From: Octopus vulgaris
Taxonomy: Eukaryota
Reading direction: 5' to 3'
Length of the DNA: 64,000 nucleotides
Assembly: GCA_951406725.2 (NCBI GenBank)
Contig: OX597818.1
Span: 97,712,001 to 97,776,000 of the forward strand
Of this stretch, positions 38,138 to 51,964 are shown piece by piece. A model generated the notes under the pieces. The model made no database searches and was not told the origin of the DNA. It saw only the letters and a list, made by a program, of their open reading frames with translations. The number at the start of each line of letters is the position of its first letter. The first letter of the stretch is position 1. The translations under genes and the position numbers were made by a program.

Positions 38138-39196
38138 TATATCTATACACAATATTGAATCCTCGGTGATATGCACTTTTGCTGTTAACGATTTTTTGAA
38201 CCAGGTAAAATGCTAAGCAATAAACTCACGTTATAGAAATACATCAGTTACCTGATATTTGCATATAATGGGAGAGTCTATTGTTTAAATTCTACACTGG
38301 ATGAATAAGAAGTTAAAGGTGAAACAGAAACCACCGATCAATCCAATATTCTTTTCTACTCTAGTTCGCAACTGGTACTTAATTTATCGACCCCGAAAGG
38401 ATGAAAGGCAAAGTCGACTTCGACGGAATTTGAATTCAGAACGAAAAGCCGATCAATTCCAATATTATCAATAAACTGCACCTTATTAAAGGCATAGTGT
38501 CTCACCGACAGTAAATATTTTGTTGTTTCTCAATAATACGATCACCTATACAGAAATATATATGTGTAGTTATATCTATAACCTCTTGTCTATCAATTTA
38601 TGATCTATCCAGGCATTTTTATATACATATGTACAAACACGAACAGACATGTATGTCAGTGTTTGTATTAAATATACATTAAATATATATAGGTATATAA
38701 ATATGCATGCATGCATCTTTATATGCACATCTGTCTGTCTGTCTATCTCTGTCTGCCTGTCTCTCTCTCTTCCCCCTCTCCCCCCCTCTCTCTCTCTCTA
38801 TTTATATATATATATATATATTATATATATTACAACAAAAATTTTATATCTTGGGCATAGAGTTATCGAAGGTTTCGATTCCACAGCTCGTCAGACTATA
38901 TATAAATACAAAATTTAAAATATCAACGTTGCAGACGTGAAGAACTTGTGGAATACGTCTTAACATAAAAACGTAGTATCATGTACTCATTCCCTTTTGC
39001 CGAGCCGCTAAGTTACATGGGCAAAAACAAACCAACATTATTTATTATTAGCAGAGTAACCAGTTCTCACGCCAATACAGTTGCCACGCCCATAGATAAT
39101 AACCAGTCCGGGACCAGCTTCACAGAAAGCGTCACCGAAGACCCCTGTACCACCGCCACGGATAATGAACAAATCAGATAGAGTGATAGACCCGCA

Positions 39197-39736
39197 ATGT
39201 ATGTTACCACCTGTACAAACGCCGCACCTAGAAATAATGACCGATCGAGGACCAGCGACTTGGAGGAGGTATCCGCCGTTTCCAGTTCCGCCACCTCAGA
39301 AGATGACCAAATATTTGTCTTCGACACCGATGAGATGACCAACCCCGCGCCATATGTTACCAGGAGTGCAAATAGGGCCACATCTCATGTGTGTAAATAT
39401 ATTGGTTCTGCGAGTACTTCGTTCAAGCAACGTTTTCTTAACTACCAGTCATCATTCAGAGTCCCAGAAAGACGGTTTGACACGTCCCTAGCCTGCCATA
39501 TATGGCACCTCAAAGATCAACAAACTCCGTGTGATATCATGTGGAAAATAATTGATCATCCTGGCCCGTATATTAATAGAAGTGGCCGTTGCAAGATCTG
39601 CATCGAGGAGAGAGCCAAAATTCTTAAGGACTGTAAGAAACCTCGCGCATTAAACAGGCATAAAGAAGTGTTTTCTAAATGTACCCACTTCAAGCGCTAC
39701 TTACTGGAAAATTGGATCTCCTCGTTTGCTTGTTAG
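39197..39736 (+). CDS. Penelope-type GIY-YIG endonuclease fragment, no RT
   Basis: YIG..FKQRF..SF..TSLACHIWHLK..WKII..Y..CKICIEE..LN..E...CTH; sits in an insert of about 750 bp splitting a SINE A copy. Confidence 0.75.
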   Translation: MYVTTCTNAAPRNNDRSRTSDLEEVSAVSSSATSEDDQIFVFDTDEMTNPAPYVTRSANRATSHVCKYIGSASTSFKQRFLNYQSSFRVPERRFDTSLACHIWHLKDQQTPCDIMWKIIDHPGPYINRSGRCKICIEERAKILKDCKKPRALNRHKEVFSKCTHFKRYLLENWISSFAC

Positions 39737-40006
39737 GCCTCTTCGGGGTTTTTTTCGCTCTGATTTAGGGGAGATAACCCGTCTTCATTAACGTAAACAC
39801 ACCAGCATTGGTTGTCAAGCGAGGGAGTGGGGACAAAGGCACATACATACGAATATACACACACACACAGACAGTCACACACACACACTCACACACACAC
39901 ACACATATATGTGTCTATGTGTCTGTGTGTGCTTACATGTGTATGTATGTATCTCACTCACTCTGTCTGTCTGTCTCTCTCTCTCTGTCTCTCTCTCTCG
40001 CTCTCG

Positions 40007-40040
<34 letters not shown>

Positions 40041-40274
40041 ATATATATTTACGTGTGTGTGTGCGTGTGCGTGTGCGTGTGCGTGTGCGTGTGCGTGTGC
40101 GTGTTTATGTAAAATCCAATGTCATTTCAGATCGCGTACACGATTCGATAAATATGGATCGATAAATTCGTACTAAGCCAAATAAATTCGAGGGATATCG
40201 TTCAATAAACGCTTGAAAACTTTAGCCCTAACTCCAACATGCACACACACACACGATTTTATATTATGTATATA

Positions 40275-40324
<50 letters not shown>

Positions 40325-40491
40325 TGTATGTATGCACGCACATGCAAATACCTGTGCTGTATCAGTCATGGGCGCCCACATCGAAACGTCTAATCTACGA
40401 ACACAGGGCATACGCGCATATGCGTGCGCCTGAGTATATGTAAGTGGATGTATGTTTGCAAGCGTGCTTGTGTGTATGTGTGTGTGTGTGG

Positions 40492-40524
<33 letters not shown>

Positions 40525-40646
40525 AGAGAGAGAGAGAGAGAGAGAGATAGGGAGAGAGAGACTGTGTGCTTTATTTAGCTTTATCTGTTTTTAAGCAGAT
40601 ATAAAAGGTGAGTTTAAATGGCTCTAAGATACAAGAGCCACACACA

Positions 40647-40698
<52 letters not shown>

Positions 40699-40778
40699 TG
40701 TATATATGTATATATGCATGTGTATATGTAGATAGGTATATAATTATATTTATACACACACATCGGACACACACACAC

Positions 40779-40827
<49 letters not shown>

Positions 40828-41531
40828 CATATGCATGTATACATATATATATATATATAGAAGCTATCGATCACATCGTGTAGTCATTTAATCACTCGAT
40901 GTTCGTCAGAAATTACATTTAGATAACACTGGAAGGTTTACACCTTGCTTTATATGCAATCGACCTTACAATATCGACTTTAGAATCTAGACGCTACTCC
41001 ATCAGTCTTCGTTCCGTTACAACCTACTGCTTCTTTCTCTCTGCTTACCTCAGTCTTCTATTCCCTTTGGGAGATCTGCTTGATCCAGTTTGCTTCTGTA
41101 ACCTCAGCACCTTTTGCTAAAAGATAACACTTTGTGTACTGTGCAAGTAACAAGCATATCAGTTCTCAATATACTTAATATGGCGACACTGGAACTGACT
41201 TCATGATTGGTATGGCAGGAAGGAAAACATGTGGATCAAGATGTTTTTGAGTCGCCTATCGATCGAAGTTTTTATAACGATCTCAAGGATGTGTTGCGAT
41301 GTTGAGGAGCGATACAGTCAAATGAATGAAACCCAGCCGAGAGCAAATTTCAAGGTAATTTATTCATCTCATAACGGACGATGGATAAAGGTTATTTTGA
41401 CAGGGTTCGTACTTCAAATATAAAGACTAGTTAGCATTTTTGACTGAGATGGAGGGGTAGTGTTTATCTGTCTGATCACATTTGTGAAAAGAACCAGGCA
41501 CTATTATTATTATTATTATTATTATTATTGA

Positions 41532-41720
41532 GAACCGGTGTTGGTGTGTTTACATTTCCGTAACATAGCGGTTTGACAAAAGAAACCGATAGAATAAGTA
41601 CTAGGCTTAACAAATAAGTCCTGGCGTCGATTGGTTCGGCTAAAACCCTTCGAGGTGGTGCTCCAACATGGCCGCAGTCAAGTCACTGAAACAAGTAAAA
41701 GATTAAAAGAATAAAAGAAT
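41532..41720 (+). mobile_element. SINE family A, 3' half
   Basis: accgatagaataagtactaggctta...ctgaaacaagtaaaa. Confidence 0.85.
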
Positions 41721-41755
41721 ATATGTATACCTCATATATATAAATATACATATTT

Positions 41756-42127
41756 GGAGGCACAATGGCTCAGTGGATAAGGCAGCGGACTCGCGGTCGT
41801 AGGATCGCAGTTTCGATTCCCAGACCGGGGGTTGTGAGTGTTTATTGAGCGAAAACACCTAAAAGCTCCATGAGGCTCTGGCAGAGGGTGGCGGCGAACC
41901 CTTTTACCAGTATCTTTCTATCACTCATTCTTCCTGTTTCTGTTGTACCTGTATTTCGAAAGGCCAACCATGTCAGACTCTGTATCACGCTGAATCTCCC
42001 CGAGAACTATGTTAGGGGTACACATGTCTGTGGAGTGCTCAGTCACTTGCACGTTAATTTCACGAGCAGGCTGTTCCGTTGATCGGATCAACTGGAACCT
42101 TCGTCGTCGTAACCGACAGAGTTCCAC
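41756..42127 (+). mobile_element. SINE family C (tail type 1)
   Basis: Matches 61866-62240. Confidence 0.9.
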
Positions 42128-42494
42128 CAAATATAAACATACATTTGCATATCTCTTTCTCGTTCCTTTTGGTCTTCTGCACGTCACCATGCTTACTATT
42201 ACACGAGTACATTGTTAATGCTTTCTTTCCCAAATAGACGACCTCCGTTACTTGGCAGAGTTAATTGTTTATTTAACAGAAGATTAAACAATAGCAATGT
42301 TTGGCAATTTGTTCTTTAGAAAAAGGGAACCTATTTTAATTTAAACAGAGCTGCAGTTACTTTATTACAGCTGAGCGTTTGGAAGAATCACTGCAACGTA
42401 ATTGGAAGAAATGACAGCAAAACAAATAATTCATGAACTTTCTTGAATGCTTATGTTGTGTGTGTGTGTGTGTGTGTGTACTTTTATGTGCACG

Positions 42495-42541
<47 letters not shown>

Positions 42542-42965
42542 CACACACATATACACACATATATGTGTGTGCATATACATGCATATAAGCATAAATATTA
42601 TATACATGTATGTGTGTGTGTGTATGTATATATTTATACATATATACAAACGTACACATACATTTACCTAGATATGTGCCTGGGTCGATGTGTGACGTTA
42701 TTTTACAAGCAAACATTCGTAAGAATATATGCACACACGAAAATACGTAAATTCTCTTAACTTCTTCATTACAGGTTCCTTTCTTAAATTGTGTATTTAG
42801 TAGTTCATTTATTTATTTAATTAATTCTCTTTTAGGTTTGTAACCCAATCAATTTAGCAAGTCAACAAATAATAAGATTTTGTCAACTCTGCAAAAACTA
42901 CGAAAGAAATTTAGCGACTGAGAAAATGAAAAAACAACTCAACCAATGTATTAGCTGATATACAA

Positions 42966-43262
42966 GGGCAGCGAGCTGGCAGAATCGTTAGCATGCCGGG
43001 CGAAATGCTTAGCGATATTTCGTCTGTCGATAAGTTCAGAGTTCAAATTCTGCCGAAGTCGACTTCGCCTTTCATCCTTTCGGGGTCGATAAATTAAGTA
43101 CCAGTTACGCACTGAGGTCGATATAATCGACTTAATCCGTTTGTCTGTCCTTGTTTGTCCTCTCTGTGTTTAGCCCCTTGTGTGTAGTAAAGAAATAGGC
43201 ATTTCGTCTGCCGTTACGTTCTGAGTTGAAATTCCGCCGAGGTCGACTTTGCCTTTCATCTT
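42966..43262 (+). mobile_element. Dimeric SINE family B, second monomer truncated
   Basis: Same junction as the 18448-18857 dimer. Confidence 0.88.
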
Positions 43263-43324
43263 TTCAAAATTTGGCACAAGGCCAGCAATTTCGGGTGGAG
43301 GGGGTAGGGGTAAATCGATTAGAT

Positions 43325-43762
43325 TATCTATCTATCTATCTATCTCGCTCTCTCTCTCCAATACAAATGGCATCACAACCATTCATATAATTGAAACCTT
43401 ACTGCCAAAGTAACAGTACCCTAATGTCATTTACTCGTTACCATACGTTACCATATTAATAGATAATGTGTGCGAGTGCGTGTGTGTCTGTGTTCGCGCG
43501 CGTGTGAATACATACATACATACATACATTATTTCTTTACTACCCACAAGGGGCTAAACACAGAGGGGACAAACAAGGACAGACAAACGGATTAAGTTGA
43601 TTACATCGACCCCAGTGCGAAACTGGTTCTTAATTTATCGACCCCGAAAGGATGAAAGGCAAAGTCGACCTCGGCGGAATTTGAACTCAGAACGTAAAGG
43701 CAGACGAAATACCGCTAAACATTTCGCCCGGCGTGCTAACGATTCTGCCAGCTCGCCGCCTT
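43325..43762 (-). repeat. Inverted copy of 5048-5485 (SINE B plus unique flank)
   Basis: Near-identical; I count two substitutions and one 1-bp indel. Confidence 0.95.
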
Positions 43763-46147
43763 GCTGGTAAGATGTTCTGGTGGCGTTATTAACTCTATAT
43801 GGCAGTTAAAGGAGATACATATAGTTTCTAGATTTCAGTGTGCTTAAAGAAGAAAATCAAATTATTTTTTCATTACTGAACAGCGGTACGTCTATCATAG
43901 AGCACAAATGTATGCAGCACAATATTACAGGCTTCTATCTTTCTATAACTAAAACACTTGACAGCAAATTCTTTACTTTTGCTTACAATATCGTACCAAT
44001 TAGTTAAACGGATTGTATGATCATTATTAATGCAAGGAAATAACAAAAAGCAAAAAAAAAAAAAAATGCATTTCTCGATCATTCCGTAGGATTCCACGAT
44101 AGGACGAAATATGCGAAGTTATCGGAATTTATATTCTGGATCTTCTGCAGAAAATATTTCCTATCTTATGAAACGGTTTATACAGATACGATGTTCTTAT
44201 AGTCTCCTGTAATATGAACAGCCACGAACCAGAATTATTCTGAGAAATAGGCTTAAGAATCATAGCTTGGACTGACCTTGGCAGTGTTAATTTTCTGGAT
44301 ATTTAAATTTAGAGACAAACAAATTCAGCAATAAAACCAATAAAAGATTATTTTATATAAAATTTCAAATTATGCCTCCACCCTCAACTGTTTTAAAAAG
44401 TTTAATTTTCAACATTAAGTAAACATATAACCTCCTTATTTCCAAACAAAACTGCTTTCAATTATGCTTCACATTATAATAACGAAAGACTTTGTAATAG
44501 TAAATTTTTCAGGTAAACCACTAAACACGATTCCAACCAGTGTTCTCAAGTGTAAAAGCAGAAACATTTATAGCAAACATTTTGACATTAATGAAGCAGC
44601 TTCTAAAACGCAGAAGAAACTGTTTGAATCTAATTAACTATTTTCTCCAAGTGATATTACTGCTTTTGATCAAATGATACATCAGCCTTGGTTTTCACTA
44701 TGAACTCTAGAAGTTAAAGTCTAGAGTGCTCTAGATCGATTCCTACAGCACATCTCCCCAGTTCAAACTGCCTCATTGAGATATAAACCTTCAGTTCATA
44801 GAATACAGAAGGACCATCAGATTCTTACTGCTAAAAAATCGTAAAGAGTCACGTTAAAGAAAATATGCTTCTCTTTGGAATTGGTAAACGAAATTAATCT
44901 GGTGCAGCTGGTCATGTGCAATCTCTTTTAGGGTTAGGGTTATCTTTTTTTCTTCACAAATGTAAATAAACCCAATCTGTTTCTTAAACGAGGGACATAT
45001 TCATACGGCACAGAATGCTTTTTAACTCAATGGACGTCACTGGTTGAAATTGCAGAAATTGAAGAAAAAAAAAACAACAACAAATATCTTACAAACTATA
45101 GAATTTTCTCAATAAAGCCAAGAGAAAAAGATGTTTTATAAACACATTCTACCAGTATACGAAGTTTAACAATTTTTAGTTACCTAGAAATTATGTTAAG
45201 AACTGCCGTTCAAACCGAAAAGATCCCTATCAACTTATAAGCAGGACAACGAGCCTATCTCTCCCACTTCCGCAACCCGCTATTCTATATTTGTGATGAC
45301 CGAAGTTGTGCATATCGCAAATAAGGAAAAGACAGCAGCATGGAGAAATCATTGACTGTCGTAATTTTCTCGCCTGTAAATTAAACACCTTTTCCTTTCC
45401 TTGACAACCATATAAGGTAAACAGCAATTGACACACGAATGAAGTGAATTTTATATACATGATAGATATTATTAGCACTTAAGGCAAACATTTAGATGAC
45501 ACATGACAAGTATTTTTGTCACGCAAGATAAACATTATCGTTATGCGGGCAAAGCATTATAGTGCCGTAAGGCTATAAAAAACTTCTTTTACGTTTTAAT
45601 ATGCTTGTTGTTGAAGTTGTTATTGTTGATGTTGTTATTATTATTATTGTTGATGTTTTATTCCTCTCTTTTCACGCTTGTGTTACAATAAAACGAACGT
45701 TATTGCCACATAAATCGAATATTACAGTCAAATAATCCGCACTTTATTGTCACCTCAGTGAAATAAAGGTCAAATTGCATTTAAAACGTAGATTGACGTC
45801 ACATTTCACAGTTATTATATCAAACCTGTCAGGGTAGTTGTGTACAGGAAGGGATCGATACAAAATCGCAAAAACGCCCTTGTACATTGCGGTGTTTTGT
45901 TAAAATCCTTAACATGGTGGGTTCAAATCTTGTCTATGTTAGCTTTGTATTTTACTCTTTAGCGATCGATAAAATAATTACTAATTAAGCACTGCAGTCA
46001 ATTCAATTTGATTGTATCTTTCTACAAATTATCTAAGGAGTGGCAGAAGATAATATAAATAATTGGACTCTACTTCGTTATTGAGTACTTTTCATCTCCC
46101 TCCCTCCCTCCCCCTCTCTCTCTATATATGTGCACGCTTACATACAT

Positions 46148-46187
<40 letters not shown>

Positions 46188-46443
46188 TTGGAAAAGGATG
46201 CGTGGCGTTCGATCATATAATAATATAAATAATATATAAATATATAAATATTGGCATATATGCATACATATATGTACATACCTACATATATATGTATATA
46301 TACATGCATATATGGGTAAAGGACATAAAAAAACGTTGAAACGAAAACATGAAAGTAAAAACAAAGAAAACGAACTTTTTTTTTCGAACAACGAAAAAAA
46401 CAGAGAAACGAGACATGCAACATAAAGAATATTCCCCTTCGTC

Positions 46444-46499
<56 letters not shown>

Positions 46500-46500
<1 letters not shown>

Positions 46501-46787
46501 GAGGCGTAATGGCTCAGTGGTTAGGGCAGCGGACTCGCGGTTTCGATTCCCAGACCGGGCGTTGTGAGTGTTTATTGAGCGAGAGCACCTAAAAAGCTCC
46601 ACGATGCTCCGGCAGGAGGTGGTGGCTATCCCTGCTGTACTCTTTCGCTGCAACTTTCTCTCCCTCTTTCTTCTGTTGGCCTGCTCGCTTAGCCAGCGGG
46701 GTGGCGTCATTTGAAGGCTAAAACAATGCGAAGTGCATTGTGACCAGCGATGTGTAGCAACATCTGAAAGCCTGGTCGGTCACGGTG
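46500..46787 (+). mobile_element. SINE family C (tail type 2)
   Basis: Matches 37867 and 51204. Confidence 0.9.
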
Positions 46788-46835
<48 letters not shown>

Positions 46836-46867
46836 GTGTGTGTGTGTTTATGTGTGTGTGTGTGTGT

Positions 46868-47032
46868 GTAAATAATAATTATAAGCTTTGAGCTTATAAG
46901 GGTTCAACGTGTTTTGTACGCGTGAGACCCCACTTTTTCCGACGCGGGCTTTATATGTCCCAATATTAAACTACTTTCTTCAGCAAATACGCGTTGATGC
47001 TTAAAAGCTCTAAGCTTTTAATTATTATTTAC
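46868..47032 (-). repeat. Imperfect hairpin (about 48-bp arms) closing on a hammerhead-like core
   Basis: gtaaataataatta.aagctt.gagctt.taag arms; minus strand reads tttg-CTGAAGA...GAAA...TA-caaa. Confidence 0.6.
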
Positions 47033-47277
47033 AGAATTTTCACTCGTCACCGCTTCTCCATTTTAACTCATTACTCAGCTCCGATAACGAACAGAAGATA
47101 ACGAACATTGAAGAGGTTGCAGGAAGCAAAGAAAATTTTAGAAAAAAAAAAAGATAAAAAACAAAAAAAAAAAACCAACTAAATTACTAAATGAGTGGAA
47201 ATCGAATCGGTGAGTGTGTTAATTAATTAGACATTAAAACAGAATGGCTCTCCCCAGACACAACAATATATATATAT

Positions 47278-47626
47278 AGCTTGCTAACCAACCACATGGT
47301 TCTGGGTTCAGTCCCACTGCGTGGCATCTTGGGCAAGTGTCTTCTGCTATAGCCCCGGGCCGACCAATGCCTTGTGAGTGGATTTTGTAGACGGAAACTG
47401 AAAGAAGCCTGTCGTATATATGTATGTGTGTGTGTGTTTGTGTGTCTGCTTGACAGCCGATGGTGGTGTGTTTACGTCCCCGTCACTTAACGGTTCGGCA
47501 AAAGAGACCGATAGAATAAATACTGGGCTTACATAGAATAAGTCCCGGGGTCGATTTGCTCGACTAAAGGCGGTGCTCCAGCATGGCCGCAGTGAAATGA
47601 CTGAAACAAGTAAAAGAGAGTAAAAG

Positions 47627-47627
<1 letters not shown>
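47278..47627 (+). mobile_element. SINE family A
   Basis: Plus-strand copy with slight 5' truncation. Confidence 0.9.
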
Positions 47628-47662
<35 letters not shown>

Positions 47663-47675
47663 ACACACACACACA

Positions 47676-47892
47676 CGAGGGATGCCAAAATGTTCTTGGC
47701 TTTGGGTAAAAGGATATACAGGAGGATCAGTTAATTATGATTTTATTCAACAGATTCCTCTCTCAGATTCACACCCTTATCGCAGTGGTCCTTCAGGTTT
47801 TCTAAGCCTTGTAAAAGAACCCACAAGTTTGGGCCTCCAACCAGGCATTTCGCGACACCCTTAAAGCCAAGAACTTTTCAGCTTCCCCCTGG
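47676..47892. mobile_element. Mariner-type MITE
   Basis: cgagggatgccaaaatgttcttggcttt / aaagccaagaacttttcagcttccccct inverted ends; body matches 61140-61361. Confidence 0.75.
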
Positions 47893-48105
47893 TGTATCTC
47901 TTTCACCTTTTATGTCTTGTTTCGCTCAGTAGACTTCAGTCATTGTAAGAAATTGCATTGAAGGGTTTAACGGGAAAAAAAAAAAAAATTCATCTGTCTG
48001 TTTTGTCGAACCGCTATTTACAGGGACGTAAATAAACCAACTATGGTTGTCAAGCGACGGTGAGGGATGAACACAAACTCAAAGACGTGCACTTGCAGAC
48101 ACACA

Positions 48106-48157
<52 letters not shown>

Positions 48158-48177
48158 AACACACACACACACGCACG

Positions 48178-48213
<36 letters not shown>

Positions 48214-48415
48214 CTCGTGTACATATACACGTAAAAGATATGCATGTATATTTGTATTTGAATATATGTATATGTGGATGTTTGCATGTATACACACACG
48301 GATACATACACATATATATATGCACATATATATACATAAATACACGCGCGCGCACACACACGCACACACGTGTACATATATATGTAAAAAATATGCATGT
48401 ATACTTGTATTTGAA

Positions 48416-48479
<64 letters not shown>

Positions 48480-48591
48480 GACACATACATATATATATGT
48501 GCATATATATATATTTACATATATACATGAATACATCCCCCACACATATACATATATGTATGGAAATGTATATTCTATATACATAGATTTG

Positions 48592-48664
<73 letters not shown>

Positions 48665-49323
48665 GTTTGTCAATAATGTATGTTTGTTTGTGTGGGGGGT
48701 GGGTGGCGGAGAGAAGAGACACACAATAGTAATTTTTAAAATAACATTTCGGAAACCATTTTAGTCGAACTTTCTCTTAAAAACCTCTAAAGTCATCGTA
48801 TTTAAACCTTTGGTTACTCAAGTCAATGGTGTTTGCATTGAATCAAAATATATATGAATTGCTCCTTATCGCCATCATAAGCTTCGAAATCCCTTCTCTA
48901 GTGGATGAAATGAACCTTTCATAAACCAACGATTGAAAGAAAGTAGTTTTTACATTGAAAGTTATCTATAACTAATTAACATTTAATTAGAACGACAACG
49001 AATGTCTATCTGAAAGAAATATGATGGAAGGTAAAAGTATTGTACATACAGTGGTGTGTGTACTCATATATACACACATATATACATACGCATGCGCACA
49101 CAGAAACGCACATGCACACACATATAGTTATATGCATCTTAAATATTTGTTGGTTCATTCTGCATTCATAATTCCCGTCTTATTTCTTAGCAATAAGCTC
49201 TTGTAACTCTAATTAATTAATTCTTAATTTGTTGAAGATGAATCAGATTAATCTCTGGTAATATATATATATGTATGTATATATATATATCTATATCTAT
49301 ATCTATCTATCTATCTATCTATC

Positions 49324-49370
<47 letters not shown>

Positions 49371-49387
49371 TTGTATACATTTGTATG

Positions 49388-49447
<60 letters not shown>

Positions 49448-49577
49448 AATATATATTTGTATATATATATATATGTCCATGGATACTACAGACTGTACTG
49501 TAACCATCCCAGGAATACAGACTACGATCTTAAGAAACATCTGAATTGTGGAAACGCGCGTAACGATACATCCAAAG

Positions 49578-49663
<86 letters not shown>

Positions 49664-50225
49664 TACTACTACTATATATATAGGCAAATCCAAGAACAAA
49701 AAAAGGAAAAACTACAAAAGTCAATTGGGCTCGGTGAATGTGTGTTGGTTGGTTCTAGTGAGGGAGCTAGCGTTATTGATGAAAGGACAAGTGTGGTACA
49801 GGGGTCAGAAACAAGGGAATGATCCTGGATGGGTGGGAGGTAGGAGAAGAAAATATGTATGTATGTACGTATGTATGTATATCGCATTATGTGACACAGG
49901 AGGACGACCAAGAAACATACGGCGAAAAGGAGGAATTAGCAATCTAAGGATGTTGACAGGCTCATCCCTCATCAGTTACCGACCAAATATCATCAGAATT
50001 TCGGTACATGCATATATATATATATGAATGGGTAATTTATGCTTATATATATATGCATATATATATGCGTGTGTCTAAGTGTATGCGTTGATTTCTCGGT
50101 GTTGGTTAAAAGACAAGTTAGGAAACATAACTGTGTCTCTCATATCTACGTTGTGAAATCTCTGGATGTGCACTTTTGGGATAAGGGCCGCTTTTCGGGG
50201 AAGGAATGTGTCATGTGAAGCACAT

Positions 50226-50265
<40 letters not shown>

Positions 50266-50441
50266 ATCAATCAATCAATCAATCAGTCACTCAATCACTC
50301 ACTCACTCATTCACAGAATCAAATAATGTTATGTATATATGTATGTGTGCATGTATGTATGTATGAATGTATGTATGTATGTATGTATGTTACTATCTGT
50401 CTGTCTATCTATCTATCTATCTATCTATGCATACGAATATG

Positions 50442-50502
<61 letters not shown>

Positions 50503-50737
50503 CACACATGCAGTTATATATACATACATACACACATACAGTTATATATATATAGACAGCGCTGTGAAGTGCTCAGGGAGACAACCTTATATATATATAT
50601 ATTATATTATATCATATTATATTATATTATATTATATTTAAAAGGATAATTCAGGTAGGTTCAACAATTTAGAATAATAATACAACTCAACCATAAAACC
50701 GGTGTATGCAAATTATTAAAATATTTTTAATGTAATA

Positions 50738-50833
50738 CATTCTCCCCGATGAAGGAGGCAATGTCTAAAATTTGGATAGGAATAGCTTTTATTTGTATGG
50801 ATTACTTTAGCCGTGAAACGACCGCCAGAGTAT
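50738..50833 (+). ncRNA. Decayed hammerhead-like motif in a probable Penelope pLTR remnant
   Basis: ttctc-cCGATGA-agg...ccgt-GAAA-cgaccg-cc-agag; core mutated. Confidence 0.35.
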
Positions 50834-51064
50834 CACCACTTAATATTTACAAATTCCATCCTAGAATTATTGTTATTAATATATTTATCCTACATTATAT
50901 CGGTATGACCATGATGCAACCCCGAAAAACTGACTCACTTGTCAGTATCATTAGACGGTAGTTGGCATAATGAAATAGGAGCTTTATTTACATACCCTCA
51001 ATGTTACCATGAACGGATTTAAAAGATATCTATCTATCTATTACGTAATTTATATATTACGTTA

Positions 51065-51100
<36 letters not shown>

Positions 51101-51203
51101 TGTATATATATGTAGGGAAAGAGATAAACATACATAGATTGATACATATAGGTACACATACATACACACACACAGATATACGCATTTATATATACATATG
51201 TGT

Positions 51204-51514
51204 GGAGGCGCAATGGCCCAGTGGTTAGGGCAGCAGACTCGCGTTTGTAGGATCGCGGTTTCGATTCCCAGACCGGGCATTGTGAGTGTCTATTGAGCAA
51301 AAACACCTAAAGCTCCACGAGGTTCCTGCAGGGGCTGGTGGCGATCCCTGCTGTACTCTTTCACCACAACTTTCTCTCCCTCTTTCTTCTGTTGGCCTGC
51401 TCGGTTAGCCAGCGGGGTGGCGTCATTTGAAGGCTAAAACAATGCGAAGTGCATTGTGACCAGCGATGTGTAGCAGCGTCTGATAGCCTGGTCGGTCACG
51501 GTCACTTCACAGTG
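51204..51514 (+). mobile_element. SINE family C (tail type 2)
   Basis: Matches 46500-46787. Confidence 0.9.
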
Positions 51515-51964
51515 ATATATACATATGTATGTGTATATGTGCGTGTGTGTGTGTTGTCTACACGTATATCATTTAAGCAATTTGTCAGTAATATTTTTTG
51601 GAGTTTTCCCTTTTTTGTTTTATTTTTGTTGTTCTTTTACTTTTGTTTCATGTTCGCGTAGGATTCTCGAGTTCTTCCACCCACCTCTTTACTCGCTCCA
51701 CCGATATTCCAAAGAATGACAATGTCCGAAATATCGAAATGACTTCATCACTCTTCTCCAAGCGACAAACCATATTTTTTTTTTAATTTAAAAAAAAAAT
51801 TTCTTCACTCCCCTTTTCGTTCACTCATACATCTCCCTCTCTGAAATGAAATGCATGCATGAGTGTGTCTGCATATGTGTATGTGCATACGTAAATGAAC
51901 TTGATTTTTTACAAATTAGCTTCTAAAACAATACTTGGGTTGTTATATCACATCTCTCAGATTC

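Noticed and set aside
39737-39755. cUUCGg hairpin plus T-run after the GIY-YIG stop, resembling a bacterial terminator
   Set aside because: Short, weak stem; the protein is Penelope-type and the context is eukaryotic.
44926-45226. TTAGGG doublet suggesting interstitial telomere
   Set aside because: Only two units, probably the edge of an interspersed repeat (Helentron-like by recollection, not verifiable here).
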